From contig OZ316775.1 in the NCBI GenBank assembly GCA_973851085.1, positions 5,270,001-5,334,000 on the forward strand: a stretch of DNA of 64,000 nucleotides, in the 5' to 3' direction. The position numbers were made by a program, and so were the translations under genes. The stretch is from Ptychomitrium polyphyllum (taxonomy: Eukaryota). The notes beneath the pieces are model-generated. The model did not search any database. It was given only the letters and a program-made list of their open reading frames with translations, and had not been told where the DNA came from. Below are positions 51,101 through 64,000 of this stretch, in pieces; the first letter of the stretch is position 1; each line of letters starts with the position of its first letter.

Positions 51101-54100
51101 ATGCCAAATCAAGGAAGCTCTTCCATCTAATATCTCCTTTGCAACCCTTTGCAATTCCAATTGGCACTAGTAGAGCCAAGTAACAAGAAGTTTGTTTCAA
51201 ATGAATGAAAAGCTCCCTGAGTTAATTACCAACATCCATTCAACGTGGCTTGGCACTTAATGCCATATCATGTGACATATAATAGTGGAGAATTCACCTA
51301 ACTTTCCATTAAATCTTGAAGTTGGAAGAATGTTGGTAGATTGTTAAGAAATGAATCTAATTTAATCATTTAATAACACGAACATATAAATTTGTAAACA
51401 ACAAAGTCCATAATTATATAGTCAAATCAATTATAAGTCCATTTTGAAAGCATTTTTTTTACCACAATTTAGTATTACTTTTTATATGTTTCCATTATTC
51501 CTTAATGAAGACATATATTTAATAAAAGCCATAAGTTTTTTAGATTGATTGAGAGTATAATAAAAATGAATAAAAAAAATATCCATATCATTTACAAAAT
51601 ACACCAGAAAGATCTCATATTTTGCTATAGATGTAAAATGTAGCTAATAACATCTTATGGTTGTAATAGGTAAAAATCATTATTTGTAAAATTGATAAAA
51701 TACAGAATTTGGGAAAAAATAATTCATTTTTTTTTTCTTAATTAATGAAAGGCTCTAAAAGAAAGAATGTAAAAGTGAATTAGCACGTGAATGTTAAAAG
51801 TTTATCCAAAAGACATATTTAAATTGCATCTAATACCACAAGAATACAATTTTTGGAACATCATTTAAAGGCGTTATATTAATATTCAAAAAATTCACAT
51901 CAATTGAAGGCAAAAGGGCAACAATTTTTATTTTATTTTATATATATCTATTAAAGACCTTTGTAAAGTTATTGAATGGTTTTTCTTTTTACATAATGTA
52001 AAATTTTGTTAAGAATTGTTGTCATACTCAAAGTTTGGTTGTATGGATTTTTTTAATCTTCCATGTACATTCTTCCAAAATTTAGTCTATGATTTTTTTC
52101 TCAACATTGCAAGATCAAGAAAGATAAGAAATAAATCCAATTGTTGGAAGAAAATAGCTTATAAACTGTAAAGCTCTTGAATTTCTTTAATAAAAGTAAT
52201 TCACTTTCAAGAAAGATTGAACGTAAGATAATAATTTAATTTAAAAGTAAATAAGATGATCTGATATTGTTAAAAAGAAGAGTGATCACTTTTTTTTTAA
52301 AATGACCAAATTGTAATAAAGATGATAGGAACCTTGCTAATTTATCACAAATACAAATACAAGACAATAAATTATAAATACACAAGAATTTATTATGCAA
52401 AAAAATAAAAAATTAGATGATGTTAAGAATATTTATATAGCTTAAAACATTAAATAAGAGTCATGCTCAAAATTAGAAGCCATGATATTGTTTGGATAAG
52501 GATTTTGTATAAATTAAATATTTTAGAGATTCCTTAAAAGTCTAAATTTTATTAAATCTTTATTTTAAGTAGTCCTAAGTTGATTGGCCATTGATTGCCT
52601 TGAATTGGACACATTTTGAATATTTTAGCAAGGAATGCATACATTCTATGCTTGTCCACGATATAATAGGATTTTTTGTAAATCTATTAAAAAAATCAAG
52701 CATAAGCTATTATACATAATAGATAGAAATGTGCTTCCATGCCAATAGAATTAACACTTCATATTTGTGAGTCAATAATGAGCCAAAATTATTAAGGAGC
52801 CAATAATGGTAATGTCCAAAATTTGAAATAATAATTGCATGAAATGTATTTCCATCCATCTTTTAACTTTTACAATTGAAACATCTTTAGAAAAGTCCAT
52901 GCATATTTTTAAAAACATATAATATACTATTTGGAACTATCTAAGTTGCTTCTTATAATCTAAGATTTTATTTTACAATCAAATCTTAAATATATATATA
53001 AAAGACCTCATAATTCTAGTATTTGCTCATGATTAAAGTGCCTAACTTTCATGTGCAATACACCATTAAACCATATACAAACGTGTTCTAAGTCTCAATT
53101 CTTACATTTTTTTGAATTCAAAGTATACATTCCTAAAACACCAAGAACTTACTTGATGTATGTGTTTGGTAGCAATGACCATTTTTTCCTTCAAAGGTTA
53201 AGATACTTTTGAGTTTTTACAAGATACATTTAAAAGAAATAATTATTCATGTGCAACATAGCCATTTTCCAAATGTATATTGCTAATATGGAATACGCAT
53301 ATATTCCATTTCAAATGTTCATTAAGAATTTGCAATTAGACTGAAATGCTTCTGTGAAAACCCAGCGGATTGAAATGCTTCCAAATTTGGATTCGTGAGG
53401 ATGGTGCAAGCAAGTGATTAATCAGCATCATGCTGTTCAATTCTACATTTTTATATACACAATATGAGCAACCAGTGCTTTTCAACTTGAGTTGAAGATA
53501 CAATAAGAATTTTAGGTGTTGTAAATTGTGCATGGTTCATTAATTCAAAAAAAGTTGAAAAAACTGCCATATGTTTTTTATCTGTAATGTGAGACAGCAG
53601 CCCCTGAAAATAAAGACTTTTCTTGATATATATAGTTATTTGTCAAATAGTTGTTGTCGATGAAATGGTTCAAAAATGACACATTGATCATTGGCGTTTA
53701 CACAGAAACAAAGCCCTGAAATGTAAGGGAATCATAAAGATATGATACTCATGAAAAGTTTCAGGTAATAGGTGCTACCCTTGCTTGATGACAAAGTTAT
53801 AGCAGTAACAATCAGACCATGAATCTGCAACAAATCCGTGGGAAAATGATTCTCACACTTGGTTACGAGCATGGTGGCTGTCTTTCATTGCCTCATGCTT
53901 GAGTGCAATCATACCCCGTCCCTACTATTGGATATGCCTACCTTACTCTTTGATTATTATATGTGTACAGCCCCATAGAAGATTAAGAAAATCTGGGATG
54001 TCAGAGTTCCTGCGACTCCCACATTGTAGGATTTGCTTGAGCTACAGTCAGCATTAAGAGGCTTGAGCAGAGGACGACCTGCTGGCACACAGCATCCCTC

Positions 54101-55900
54101 CCTCCTAAAGATCACTTTCAAACCAAGCTGTTCTATCTTGTTAGTTGTAACTCACAGAATGCACAAAACCTACAGGTGCAGCCTAGAAGTTTCTTCACCT
54201 TGCCAGACTCCAGAGAGAAGACCCATCCTGGTGAGAACCATGGAGCTTCTACTCCTTACTAGCAATGGTAAGTACTCAATGACTTAAGATTTTCATTTTT
54301 CTTTTTCATAGAATAATGATGATTTTCTGGCCTAAATGCAGCTCATGGGGTAATTATCACCATAATCACATCAACAAGCACCACAACAGAAGTTATACAC
54401 AGCTGAATCTCACATCTCACACAAGATTTGTGAGGGTAGTAGGAGCAGCAGCCTAATGTATAAGGAGCAGACTCATTTCTACACATTTCAACTTGCTGCA
54501 TTATGTGCAACTCAGCTGATTAATCAAGTTGTACACTATCATCCTTGAAATTTCTTCCTCTACCATACATCATGTACATAAATCATCACATGCATAAGTC
54601 ACCAAATTACTCTTGCAATTGAACATGCTTAACTAGAGTGCAAAGGATGTGAAATTTCTCTCAAGTGACCTCCACCATGTCATGTATTCCATCTCACACC
54701 CACCAAATCTCATGCTATAAGTTTATCAATATAATAATTATCACACTAAAATTGGACTTGCATATGATCTAAGAACATAACTCTAGTATTCACAAAAAAT
54801 CCTAAATTTTATAGACTTAACTTTTTCAGCATTAAATTAAAAAATATACCAAGGTCACTAGAAGTTTAAATGAAGACATTGAGATTAGAAAGTGTCTTAG
54901 TTTGTGAAACTAAATTGTAACACAATTTTTTCTCCAATAGTAGCATTTTGAAGTTGGAATGTGTATTATCTATTTCAATTGCATTTAAGTACAATTTTGG
55001 CATTCCATACTGAAAAAGTCAAAATACAAAGGCATAATATATTAATAAGAAATTATCAAAACATCCATAATTAAAATGATTATGAAAATATCAACATCTT
55101 CATAATTGCTAGGCATGGTGCATTCTTTAGTGTTTTGTTTTTAGATAAAGGCAACCGCTTATTGACATTAAATAAAACTATATGCAAATTTAGTTATTCC
55201 TCTGTTCTAAGTAGCTTTTACAACTGATTCACTTTGATAATTTTGATTATATTAATCTATTATATGTTTTAATATTAATTATCCATGTACTATATATTAA
55301 AAGAAAATGAAGGCTATTAACATATAATTAAAAAAATTACAATGCTCATTTATATGAATAATTTGGAATTATTATTTCTTTCTTTAATATAATAATTAAT
55401 TAATTAAAGTCATAATACTATGTATGTATGTATACATATCCACATGTTTTTCAAAGAAGAATATATTTCATATGGATGAAGAATGTAGACATTTATTTTG
55501 TACCTTTACAAGGGCTTAAGATTTATATTGATTTTTATGTCAATTGATATTTAATCTTGTATAATAAGCTATTGTTATAACAATGTATTCACTTTCATAA
55601 GTGATTATGATGATTTTATATAATACATTTCACTCCCACTTGTCAAGTTTTTGCAAATATAGTATCTTCATAATAGAACACTTTAAAAAAATTAATTATA
55701 TGATTTGTTTTTAATAATTTTTTAAAAAAAAAGTGTTCTTATTTTATTTGTATTTAAAAATAAATTATAGACATACAAAATTATTTTATTAAAAATTATA
55801 ACTGGATTATTCCAGCAATTTTATTTAAATAGAATTGCTAAAATAATTTATTCAAATTTTATTCAAATAATTAATTTGCACATACTTCATTTCCAAAATA

Positions 55901-56314
55901 TGTTGGAATTTTTGGAATAAGTAGAAGATATATAGTGGTTCTAGTCGAAGTGCCTTCATATTGGACTTGAGATGTTGCTAGTGGTCAAAGGCATGTCAAG
56001 GAAGAAGGTAGAGAGGGATATGGAGAAAATGGCAACTAGAGTTTAGGTGGCGGCTAGGCTTAACCGCCATGAGGGGCTCTTAGATGGTGCCACATGGCGT
56101 TCATTGGTGGCCGCTACGTGGCATTCATTGGTGAAGGCAAATGCATGGCCGCCAAGTGGCACACTTTGGTGGATGACTTCCAAGTATAAATAAAGTGGTT
56201 TTGGGTGTGGAAATCATCTTGCTCTACACTTCTCTTGTTGCAATTTTGTTCTCTCCTCTTGTAGTAGGTAGCCTTGTTGCATTCATTCTCTAGTCTTATT
56301 ACAATTCTTCAATA
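55901..56314 (+). mobile_element. Solo LTR, Copia-like termini
   Basis: TGTTGG...TTCAATA (decayed CAACA), flanked by TSD AAATA; internal TATAAATA and repeated (C)ACGTGGC/CATTGG boxes; GC-richer than flanks. Confidence 0.7.
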
Positions 56315-59300
56315 AAATAAATTAATAAACTAATTCCATATTAAAAAAAAAATATATGTTGTAGTGTATTGATTCTAGTATAAAATAAATACTATTGTTT
56401 GTCCATTGCATTTAAAATATAAAAACTTACAATTTTTATTAATTATACATCTAAAATATCTATAAATCTTACTAGTAAATCTTTTGAATTGAATAAAACC
56501 ATTCAAAATACGCTTATAAATCATAAAAAGTAAAAGAAAAATTTAACACAAATACGAGTATTTGAATTATAAATTATTAACTTATAAGTATCAATCCATT
56601 TAATTTTTTTAAACATCTAAATTCAATAGATTATCTAATTTCTTAAAACTTCATAAAATTTTAATAAAATATTCATTAATTTAATTAATTTATATTAATT
56701 AAAAGCAAACTTTGCAATATGATTCAAAATAATCTAAACAATTTTAAATTTTCTTGTAGGTCCTTATAAATAAAGATCCATTGTACACTAGTGTCTTTTG
56801 ATCCAATTTTTTTACATAAATACCATTTTAATTAAAAATAGTTACATTTTACAATCATACTTAAGAATCAAAGTGCATAAGTAATCCAAATCTTTACAAG
56901 CTTTCTTCTATTATTGATATTGTATGACTTGAATATGTTAAATCTTTTTAAAATCCATTGAATAGTATAAGCTTTGGAATTATTTAATTTTGTCACTTAT
57001 GACATAGATATGTTGTGGTAATGCAAGAATAAACACATAATTATTGAAGAACAATTATATTCCATATGGATTACAAATGGATTCTTTTTATCTTTTGTTG
57101 CTTCTAACAATTTTTTTTCTCATCCATTTGTTACTTTATACATTTTTTATTTTATTGCTTTTTGAATTTTGGAATAAACTTTAGCCAAATGATGGTGATA
57201 TCTAAAATTTGAAGCCATAATTCCATCAAGAAAGAGGCCTTTCTACATGAATTTGGAAGTTCATCAACTCATTTAAAAATCAAAATTTTGTAAATTTTTT
57301 GTTTTGTTAAAAAAGATTAATAAAAGAGCAATAGAAAACATACCATCCTTCAAGTACCATGCACAAATAAAAGTCATATCATATGATGTATACCATTTGA
57401 AATTTTATTGCATACAAGTACTAAATTTTTTCTCCATGTTTTCACTCTTTTCATTTTTGTATTATATGCATGTAAATTAGATATACAACTTTATGTTTTG
57501 TCAACGTTCTTTAGTAATTGTAAAAAATTATCTTTGAATATGATGAGGTTAAATTGAAGATAAAAAACTATATGAGTAAACTCCATAAAAAGGACAAACA
57601 ATTTATTGGGTCATGCAAAGTGAAATGACCTTCATAGCTAAAGTGTGCACATATGGCTTAGAATTGGACTATGCAACTCATTATATCAATGTATTATATT
57701 ATTATTGTAATTCATCTAAATCAAAAATCAAACAGACATATTTAATTACTTTTAGTAGTTAGATGCCTTTAATAATAGTAAGTTGTAAAGGACTCAAATC
57801 TACCTAGTAGGTTTCTGTTGGCCTTAACCTCTAGTCAAACAAGGCTTGGGTCCTTAGAATTACACCTTCAAGAGAATTTTTAAAGAATACTATCATGAAT
57901 ACCACTACAATGAAGGATATCCAATCCAGCCACTAATGATTCTCATGGATATTCTAAAGTGTTTGGTATTTCGAGTGCTTGTAGAATGATAAATTTGGGG
58001 AATTAAAAAACAAAGTACATTTTTTTGGAATCAGAAAAAAAAGTCTGCTTTCGTTATTATAAAACTTTTTTGTAGAAATGATTGCCTTCTATTTCTTGTT
58101 GTGCAGCCAGACTCTATTTATTCCATTTATACAATTGAATCAGTGCATGTCCTTTTAATTACTACAAATTTAAACTAAATCAGAAATTTCTTTACTGTGG
58201 GCCAAACAAATTATCATGATATTATTTACATAAGTCTGTATATTCTCACTAGAAAAAAAAACCTTTGACAAACTAGAAAGTAAGAGTGATATGAACTATG
58301 AAAATTCTTCAATGTTTGGCAATTTCTATAATAAAAGTACCACCAACGAGGAAAACTTACTTCATTCAATGATGTCAAAAAAGGATACTACCCAATAGAG
58401 GCCACAGTAAGGAAGGTTTTCACTGTAGCATGCTACCTATTCAATAATTGTAATTCAACCTTGGTCACTTGAAAACATATCAAAGCAACAATTTCATTTG
58501 AAATTAACTCTGTATGGAGACAGATGGCCACCTTCCAGTTTTGATGATCATTTCACTGTTTTCCGAAGGCTGTTTTTGCATCCCTTTGGTAAATTTTTAA
58601 TTAAATGATCAAACAAGGTATGACACATGGAATAAACCTAAAGATGATCTTAGATTTTTCATCCTGCATAGAAAAATAAGTTCATTTTTCACCAAAAAAG
58701 CCTTTTAAGTATGCCAGTGCTCTTCAGATTTCAATTTAGTTCTTCACCGCAGTCTCCACATACCTATATTTTATATTTTTTACTTTTAGGTTTCTATACA
58801 AAATATAAAAAAGAAACCATATAATCTTGTCTTGTGTGTGTGCTAAGATTTCACTTAGGATTTCATCTAAGACTTTACTTTTGAGAGAAAAACATGTATT
58901 AAATGCCATCATATCTAAGATATAATGGCCGCTTTACTTGTTTTAAATCATTTTTAAGATAGAGGTTCAATATGAATTTTAATGTTTAAATTATAAGTTG
59001 CAAAGCTCTTATCTAGACATAATTGCTGTTATCCAACAAGTGTTCTAGATTATTTGTTATAAATTTGACTAAAATGCTACATCTTTGCTTTTACATTTCA
59101 CAAATAATTAAAAATATATATTCTGATCAATTCAACACAACCACTAATTCTTATCTATAAATTAAAGAAATGGTTCTTTTATAAAATTTCTCATATTGCA
59201 TGTTTCAGCTTTAAACTATTCAAATTTTCAACAATATCTTTCAATGGTTTTTTATTACTGTAACTTATTTTAGTCAAAATCAGTTCAGGTTGTTCATGGA

Positions 59301-61981
59301 ATAAAAATATGGTAGTTTGATTTTTAAAATTATATTGTCAAGGTTTGGTAGTTATCATTGTAATGCAGCATAATCTCTTATCTTCTACTTTCAATTTATT
59401 TTTTTATAAAAGTAAATTTGAAGTAATAAAAAAAAAAACACTTCATTCATGTTGACCTTCCAAAAATGATTTCAAAAAAAAAAAAAACTATTAGAATTAA
59501 ACTGCATTAAAAATTTATGTTTTTATGAATCAAATGACTTAAATAATATTTGTATATTATTATATTTTTATCTTAAGGAGATCTGGCACTATGTCTTTAC
59601 ATTTGGATAATTATTGAATTAAAAAAAGCTAATGGTAAGTAGATAGATTTTAATGATTTTAAATAGTTTTAAGTACATTTATTTAATGAATGTATTAATT
59701 CTTATATCTAAATGATTGATCATTTTGAGATGCACATCAACTTTCTATCTTCATCAAAATTTGAAATTATTCAAATCCATCCCTCATCCAACTTTGTATT
59801 TTAGTTCTATTTATGTTAAGCGCAAATTAGGCATATAATTAATTTTTGTTAGTAATTTAAATAGGTTCAATTACAAAATGTGTCGGCTATTTCAATGCTT
59901 TTATTTCATATCCTCTAATGAGACAAGCATTGGTCAATCACTTCCTGTAATATAATTTAGACTTCTAGGAAATAATAGCATCTTCATATCCAACAAATTC
60001 TTTTATTTTTTACCATCTTTTTGTGGCATTCATTTAAAATACTTTAAGATGTGAGATTTTGATTTTCTTAATTAGCATATAACCTCATATTTAATAACAC
60101 TCATGTTCATGTTAGATGCATGAAACATTATAAATCACCATATATTCCAACTTATAAAAGATTATTTAACCCTCATGTATAAAAATTTATTTCCTAAAAA
60201 TATACTAAAAATTCCTATACTTGGACAATTATTTCCATATATAAAAATCATATGCATATAAAATCAACTTTTTTAATCTTAGTTTGTGTTGCACTTTTAT
60301 CTTGTATTACATGAAGAAAAATACATCTCATTTAAAAATTTAAACAATTATCATTAAACAAATACTTCTATATTAATTTGTATTCAAATATTATTTTAAA
60401 GACTTTTGACAAAGTTACAACCTTAATACATATACATATAAATTTGGTGGTGAATCTTTTATCAACATACAAATATAATACTGCATATATTTCATGCCAA
60501 ATACCACTTTTCAATTTAATTTCAAAATTTTACTTATGTACTTACATATTTTATCACTCTTTATTAATTAGACGCTTTCTTCTACAATCAAAAATTACTC
60601 TAAGAATATTTAATTCCATTCCAATTATAAACATAAAAAGCAATAAGATTCAAATTTTTGAAACAAATCCATTCTAAATAGACAACAATGCCAACATGCT
60701 TGTTCATTCCTATGCAATCTTTTTGAACCAATAGCAACAACACAAATACTTATATCATACCATCTATTCTATTTCTTACATAAAGAATAGATCAATAAGG
60801 TATCTACTTCCTTCAAAAATCATAGAATATTTCTATACTTAATACCTTAATTAAAAAGTCATTTTATACCACCAAAATACTTTCTAAATTGGCACATCCA
60901 TCCCATTATTACAAGTATTTACAAGTATCATCATGCTCAAATTTCACCCCATCCATTGTTTAATTGATTCCATGAAAAATAAACATTTGAATTATTAAAT
61001 ATTACAAAAATATAAACAAAGTTGCAAAAGATATTATAATTGAATACAAAGGATATATAAAAAGTGTAGACACTTTTATAATATAGGTTCATAAAATCAA
61101 TTCAAAAGATTTATCAACTTGTTAAAAATAATAACCTATGTTGATTTCTAAATATAAATAATAATTTTCTTATTGCTATTAAAAATGTAGTCATCAAATA
61201 ATAAGCCTACATCATTACATGCTTCTACCAACCAAGTCATATCCATCTAAAATAAAATAAATGCGCATACTAAAATATGTTGTAAAATTAATTATTTTTT
61301 AAAAACTAATTTTCTAATGCATCCTTTAAAAACTTTAAAGTCCAAGAGCCTTTTAATAGGTAAAGAATTAATATCCTACATTAATTCATATATGCTTAAA
61401 AATTGAAAATAATCAAACTTGTTTGTTCTTAAAAATTAAAGAAGGCCAATTTAAAGATTTCTATATTATAACTGAAGTTCTTGGGAATTTTTAAAAATCT
61501 ACAATATTCTTGAAATTCTATTAAGAGGGTTTCGAAACAAATGTCATGCACTTCCATTATTCAGTAAATATTCTCCTAAATTAAAATTTTGAACTTCCAT
61601 ACATCTATTATATCCAACAAGAATTTGGAACAAACCATTTTTTTGATAGGATTAACAGATTTATAAAACTTTTGGTTTGTGTTCAGGAGTATAAAATTAC
61701 TTTTTTCATAACCTTGAGTTATTTGAGTTATTTTCATCAAACCTAAAACTGTAATAGTATTATGTTTAAAAGAAGCGATACTATATAGCATATACCAAAT
61801 CAAATGGTAAACATGATATGTTATAAAGAATAACATTGTAAGGTAATAGATTAAAATCCAAGTGAAAATGTGCATAACATAAATCTAGTTCAAAGACAAA
61901 TCCTAGACAATAAACATTCCATGATTGGCAAGAAATTTAAAACATATCTTAAAGATGAAAAATAAGTATCACTTAGCAGGT

Positions 61982-62058
61982 CAATGCATAGTTGTTTCAT
62001 CAATTTTTACTAAAAACGCAATGCATAGTTGTTTCATCAATTTTTACTAAAAACGCAA
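61982..62058. repeat. Perfect 37-bp tandem duplication
   Basis: caatgcatagttgtttcatcaatttttactaaaaacg x2. Confidence 0.93.
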
Positions 62059-62444
62059 CCCATTGCCTATGTAAAAGAATGTATTGCAAAAAAACTCACC
62101 AATGTTGGATAAAACTTTCAAAATCTGAACAAATGCTGAATAATTGTATTCAGGAATAAAATGAAAGGCCGTTACATAAAAGCAACATTGCTAATCAGTC
62201 TTACTCCGCTATGATAAAAACACAAGGTCAAACCGGCCAGCTTCTCAATTCGATTTGTTGAAAGACAGCAACAAACATCCATTTGATTCAAATTCAAGTA
62301 TTTTGGAGTACACAAACGCCTATATAACAAACTATAAAACAAAGGCAAACTAACATCATGAGATTCTAGCTCTACTGCAAACAATTTCGACAAAAACAAA
62401 TGTACAAAAACAGACACTAGTTCAATAAGACCAAGCCCAAATGT

Positions 62445-64000
62445 AGAAGAAACCTTCTTATTCCATCCAGCCCATGAGGCAGGGAACTTTTACAAAACTT
62501 CCGCGGAAGAAGAACCCAACGGCCTACCATAAGACTGGACACCGGCTGACCGTGTATCTTGTATCTGGGCACGTGGGAGAGGTGGAGTTTTCTGTCACAA
62601 CTATGCTCCAGCCCTCCTCAAGAGACAACCCCAACTGTGGCATCATGTTTTAATTGTACAGAGCACCGTGTAACCCGACAAGAGAGAGAGAGCCCACATT
62701 CAACCTCTCAGTTGTACCTACTATGCACTAGACACTACTACTAATCGATATTCTCCGCAACTAAATTGAAACGCCCTGTAGCCACGGAACGGGGAAAGAC
62801 ACTAAAATATTGATCAATCTGACGGAAACCTCTCGGCTCTAGCAACCCGGACTTCCCAGCCCACCTCGACCTCTTCCCCCTCCCGTCTGGCCCTCTCTTT
62901 CTCTGGCATCCTTATTCCCCAAAAATTGGAAAAGGAACACCATCTTCTCACGGTTCCTTTAATCTCGATCATCGACCCTCTTCAGCCTGTACCTGCACAC
63001 TATTTTTCAATGGAATTTGCTATACACTCGGCTGACCAGCAGAGCTCACACCACTTTGCGTGGAATCGCACAGGAAAAGTGGCTCGGACGCAGCCTGTTG
63101 ACGTGATGTATCCATTCATACCTTCGACTCCTGGTACATCGCGACACCACCATCAAATGACAACTGCTACTAACATGACCTCCCCGTCCCCCCGGCAACT
63201 GTTCGCGCGCCCCTCCCCCCCGCCCCCTCCCCCCCCGGCGCGCACTGTCAACTACCCCCATCGCCCACTGCCACAGCATCTTTAGCTTCACTTGACGAAC
63301 CGTTCTGTTCCTCTACCACGTCTGTTCCTGATCCCGGACATGCCTGCTCTGTTTGCCCCGTATTAGGAATTTCCTTCTCCCCTTGCCTCATCGCCACTTC
63401 CGCATCCCCCATGTTGGATAACTTATCGGACAAGCTCGATCTAAGCTGCGATACACTGTCATCGGAATCACCACTTCCGCTTCCACTCGTCTCAACAGTC
63501 GAAGCGAGTGGGTCAGCTGCATTTCTCACCACGGGTTTCCCATCCCCTATACCTTCTACAAGCTCATCACGCTTTGCCTGAGTGAGCTCTCCCGCCGTGG
63601 AACCCGACTCCAACTCGTTGCCTTCTGTCCGCCCACCTCCCTGCGATTCAAAATCCGCCACCTCACCACCAACTCAGTATGCGCAATCACATGGCCACCA
63701 GAACAGCCGCTGCACATCACCGTCCAAGGTGGCTACTGATACCATCGAATCCCTAGCCAAACCTCAGGTCCAAGGCTAAACAAATCAAATGCCGCAGCAA
63801 GACATAAGTATTGTCCACAAGGCTCATTCCTCGTTATTAGCCTAGCTCAACTCCGTCACAGCAGCGCACAACGCCACTCCATAACTTCAGCATAACTATT
63901 CAACTATTCAGGGCCATGTCAAATCTCACGCCCTTGCACTGCACCTCCGACAAATACCGAAGTTGCACCCACCAAACACAAGGTCTCACGCGCCATACCT
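62445..64000 (-). repeat. Inverted copy of 47391-48946 (ECT intron 8, last exon, 3' UTR); continues beyond the right edge
   Basis: Paired coordinates sum to 111391 throughout (no indel); five ORF-track translations are identical in both copies; spot-checked intron and G-tract are identical. Confidence 0.97.
63248..63640 (-). CDS. ECT: Last coding exon of a second, inverted YTHDF/ECT copy (partial)
   Basis: Reverse complement of 47751-48143 ([12 protein letters not shown]...VAVGDGGS*); upstream exons would lie outside the window. Confidence 0.85.
   Translation of the reverse strand, partial: GGGRTEGNELESGSTAGELTQAKRDELVEGIGDGKPVVRNAADPLASTVETSGSGSGDSDDSVSQLRSSLSDKLSNMGDAEVAMRQGEKEIPNTGQTEQACPGSGTDVVEEQNGSSSEAKDAVAVGDGGS

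Overview
Eukaryotic, intron-containing plant DNA. AT-rich intergenic space, Tcn1-like chromoviruses and GC-rich genes suggest a moss such as Physcomitrium (inference). Contents: (1) the 5' six exons of an IAR1/ZIP7-type His-rich zinc transporter on the minus strand, running off the left edge. (2) A 14.6-kb, four-level nest of LTR retrotransposons (9460-24061). Chromovirus A (+) contains a solo LTR and full-length chromovirus B (-); B contains a GC-rich solo LTR, which contains another B-family solo LTR. Each has a readable target-site duplication (one degenerate). (3) About 16 kb of AT-rich DNA with possible decayed exons. (4) A complete 9-exon YTHDF/ECT m6A-reader gene (41564-48143, +) whose first intron is U12-type. 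(5) An apparently identical inverted (tail-to-tail) copy of that gene's 3' part at 62445-64000. Most notable: both divergent chromovirus families carry a homologous ~190-220-codon reading frame downstream of the integrase chromodomain that reads through the PPT into the LTR. Both also show Tf1-type tRNA-independent self-priming geometry and a co-varying -1 frameshift pseudoknot.
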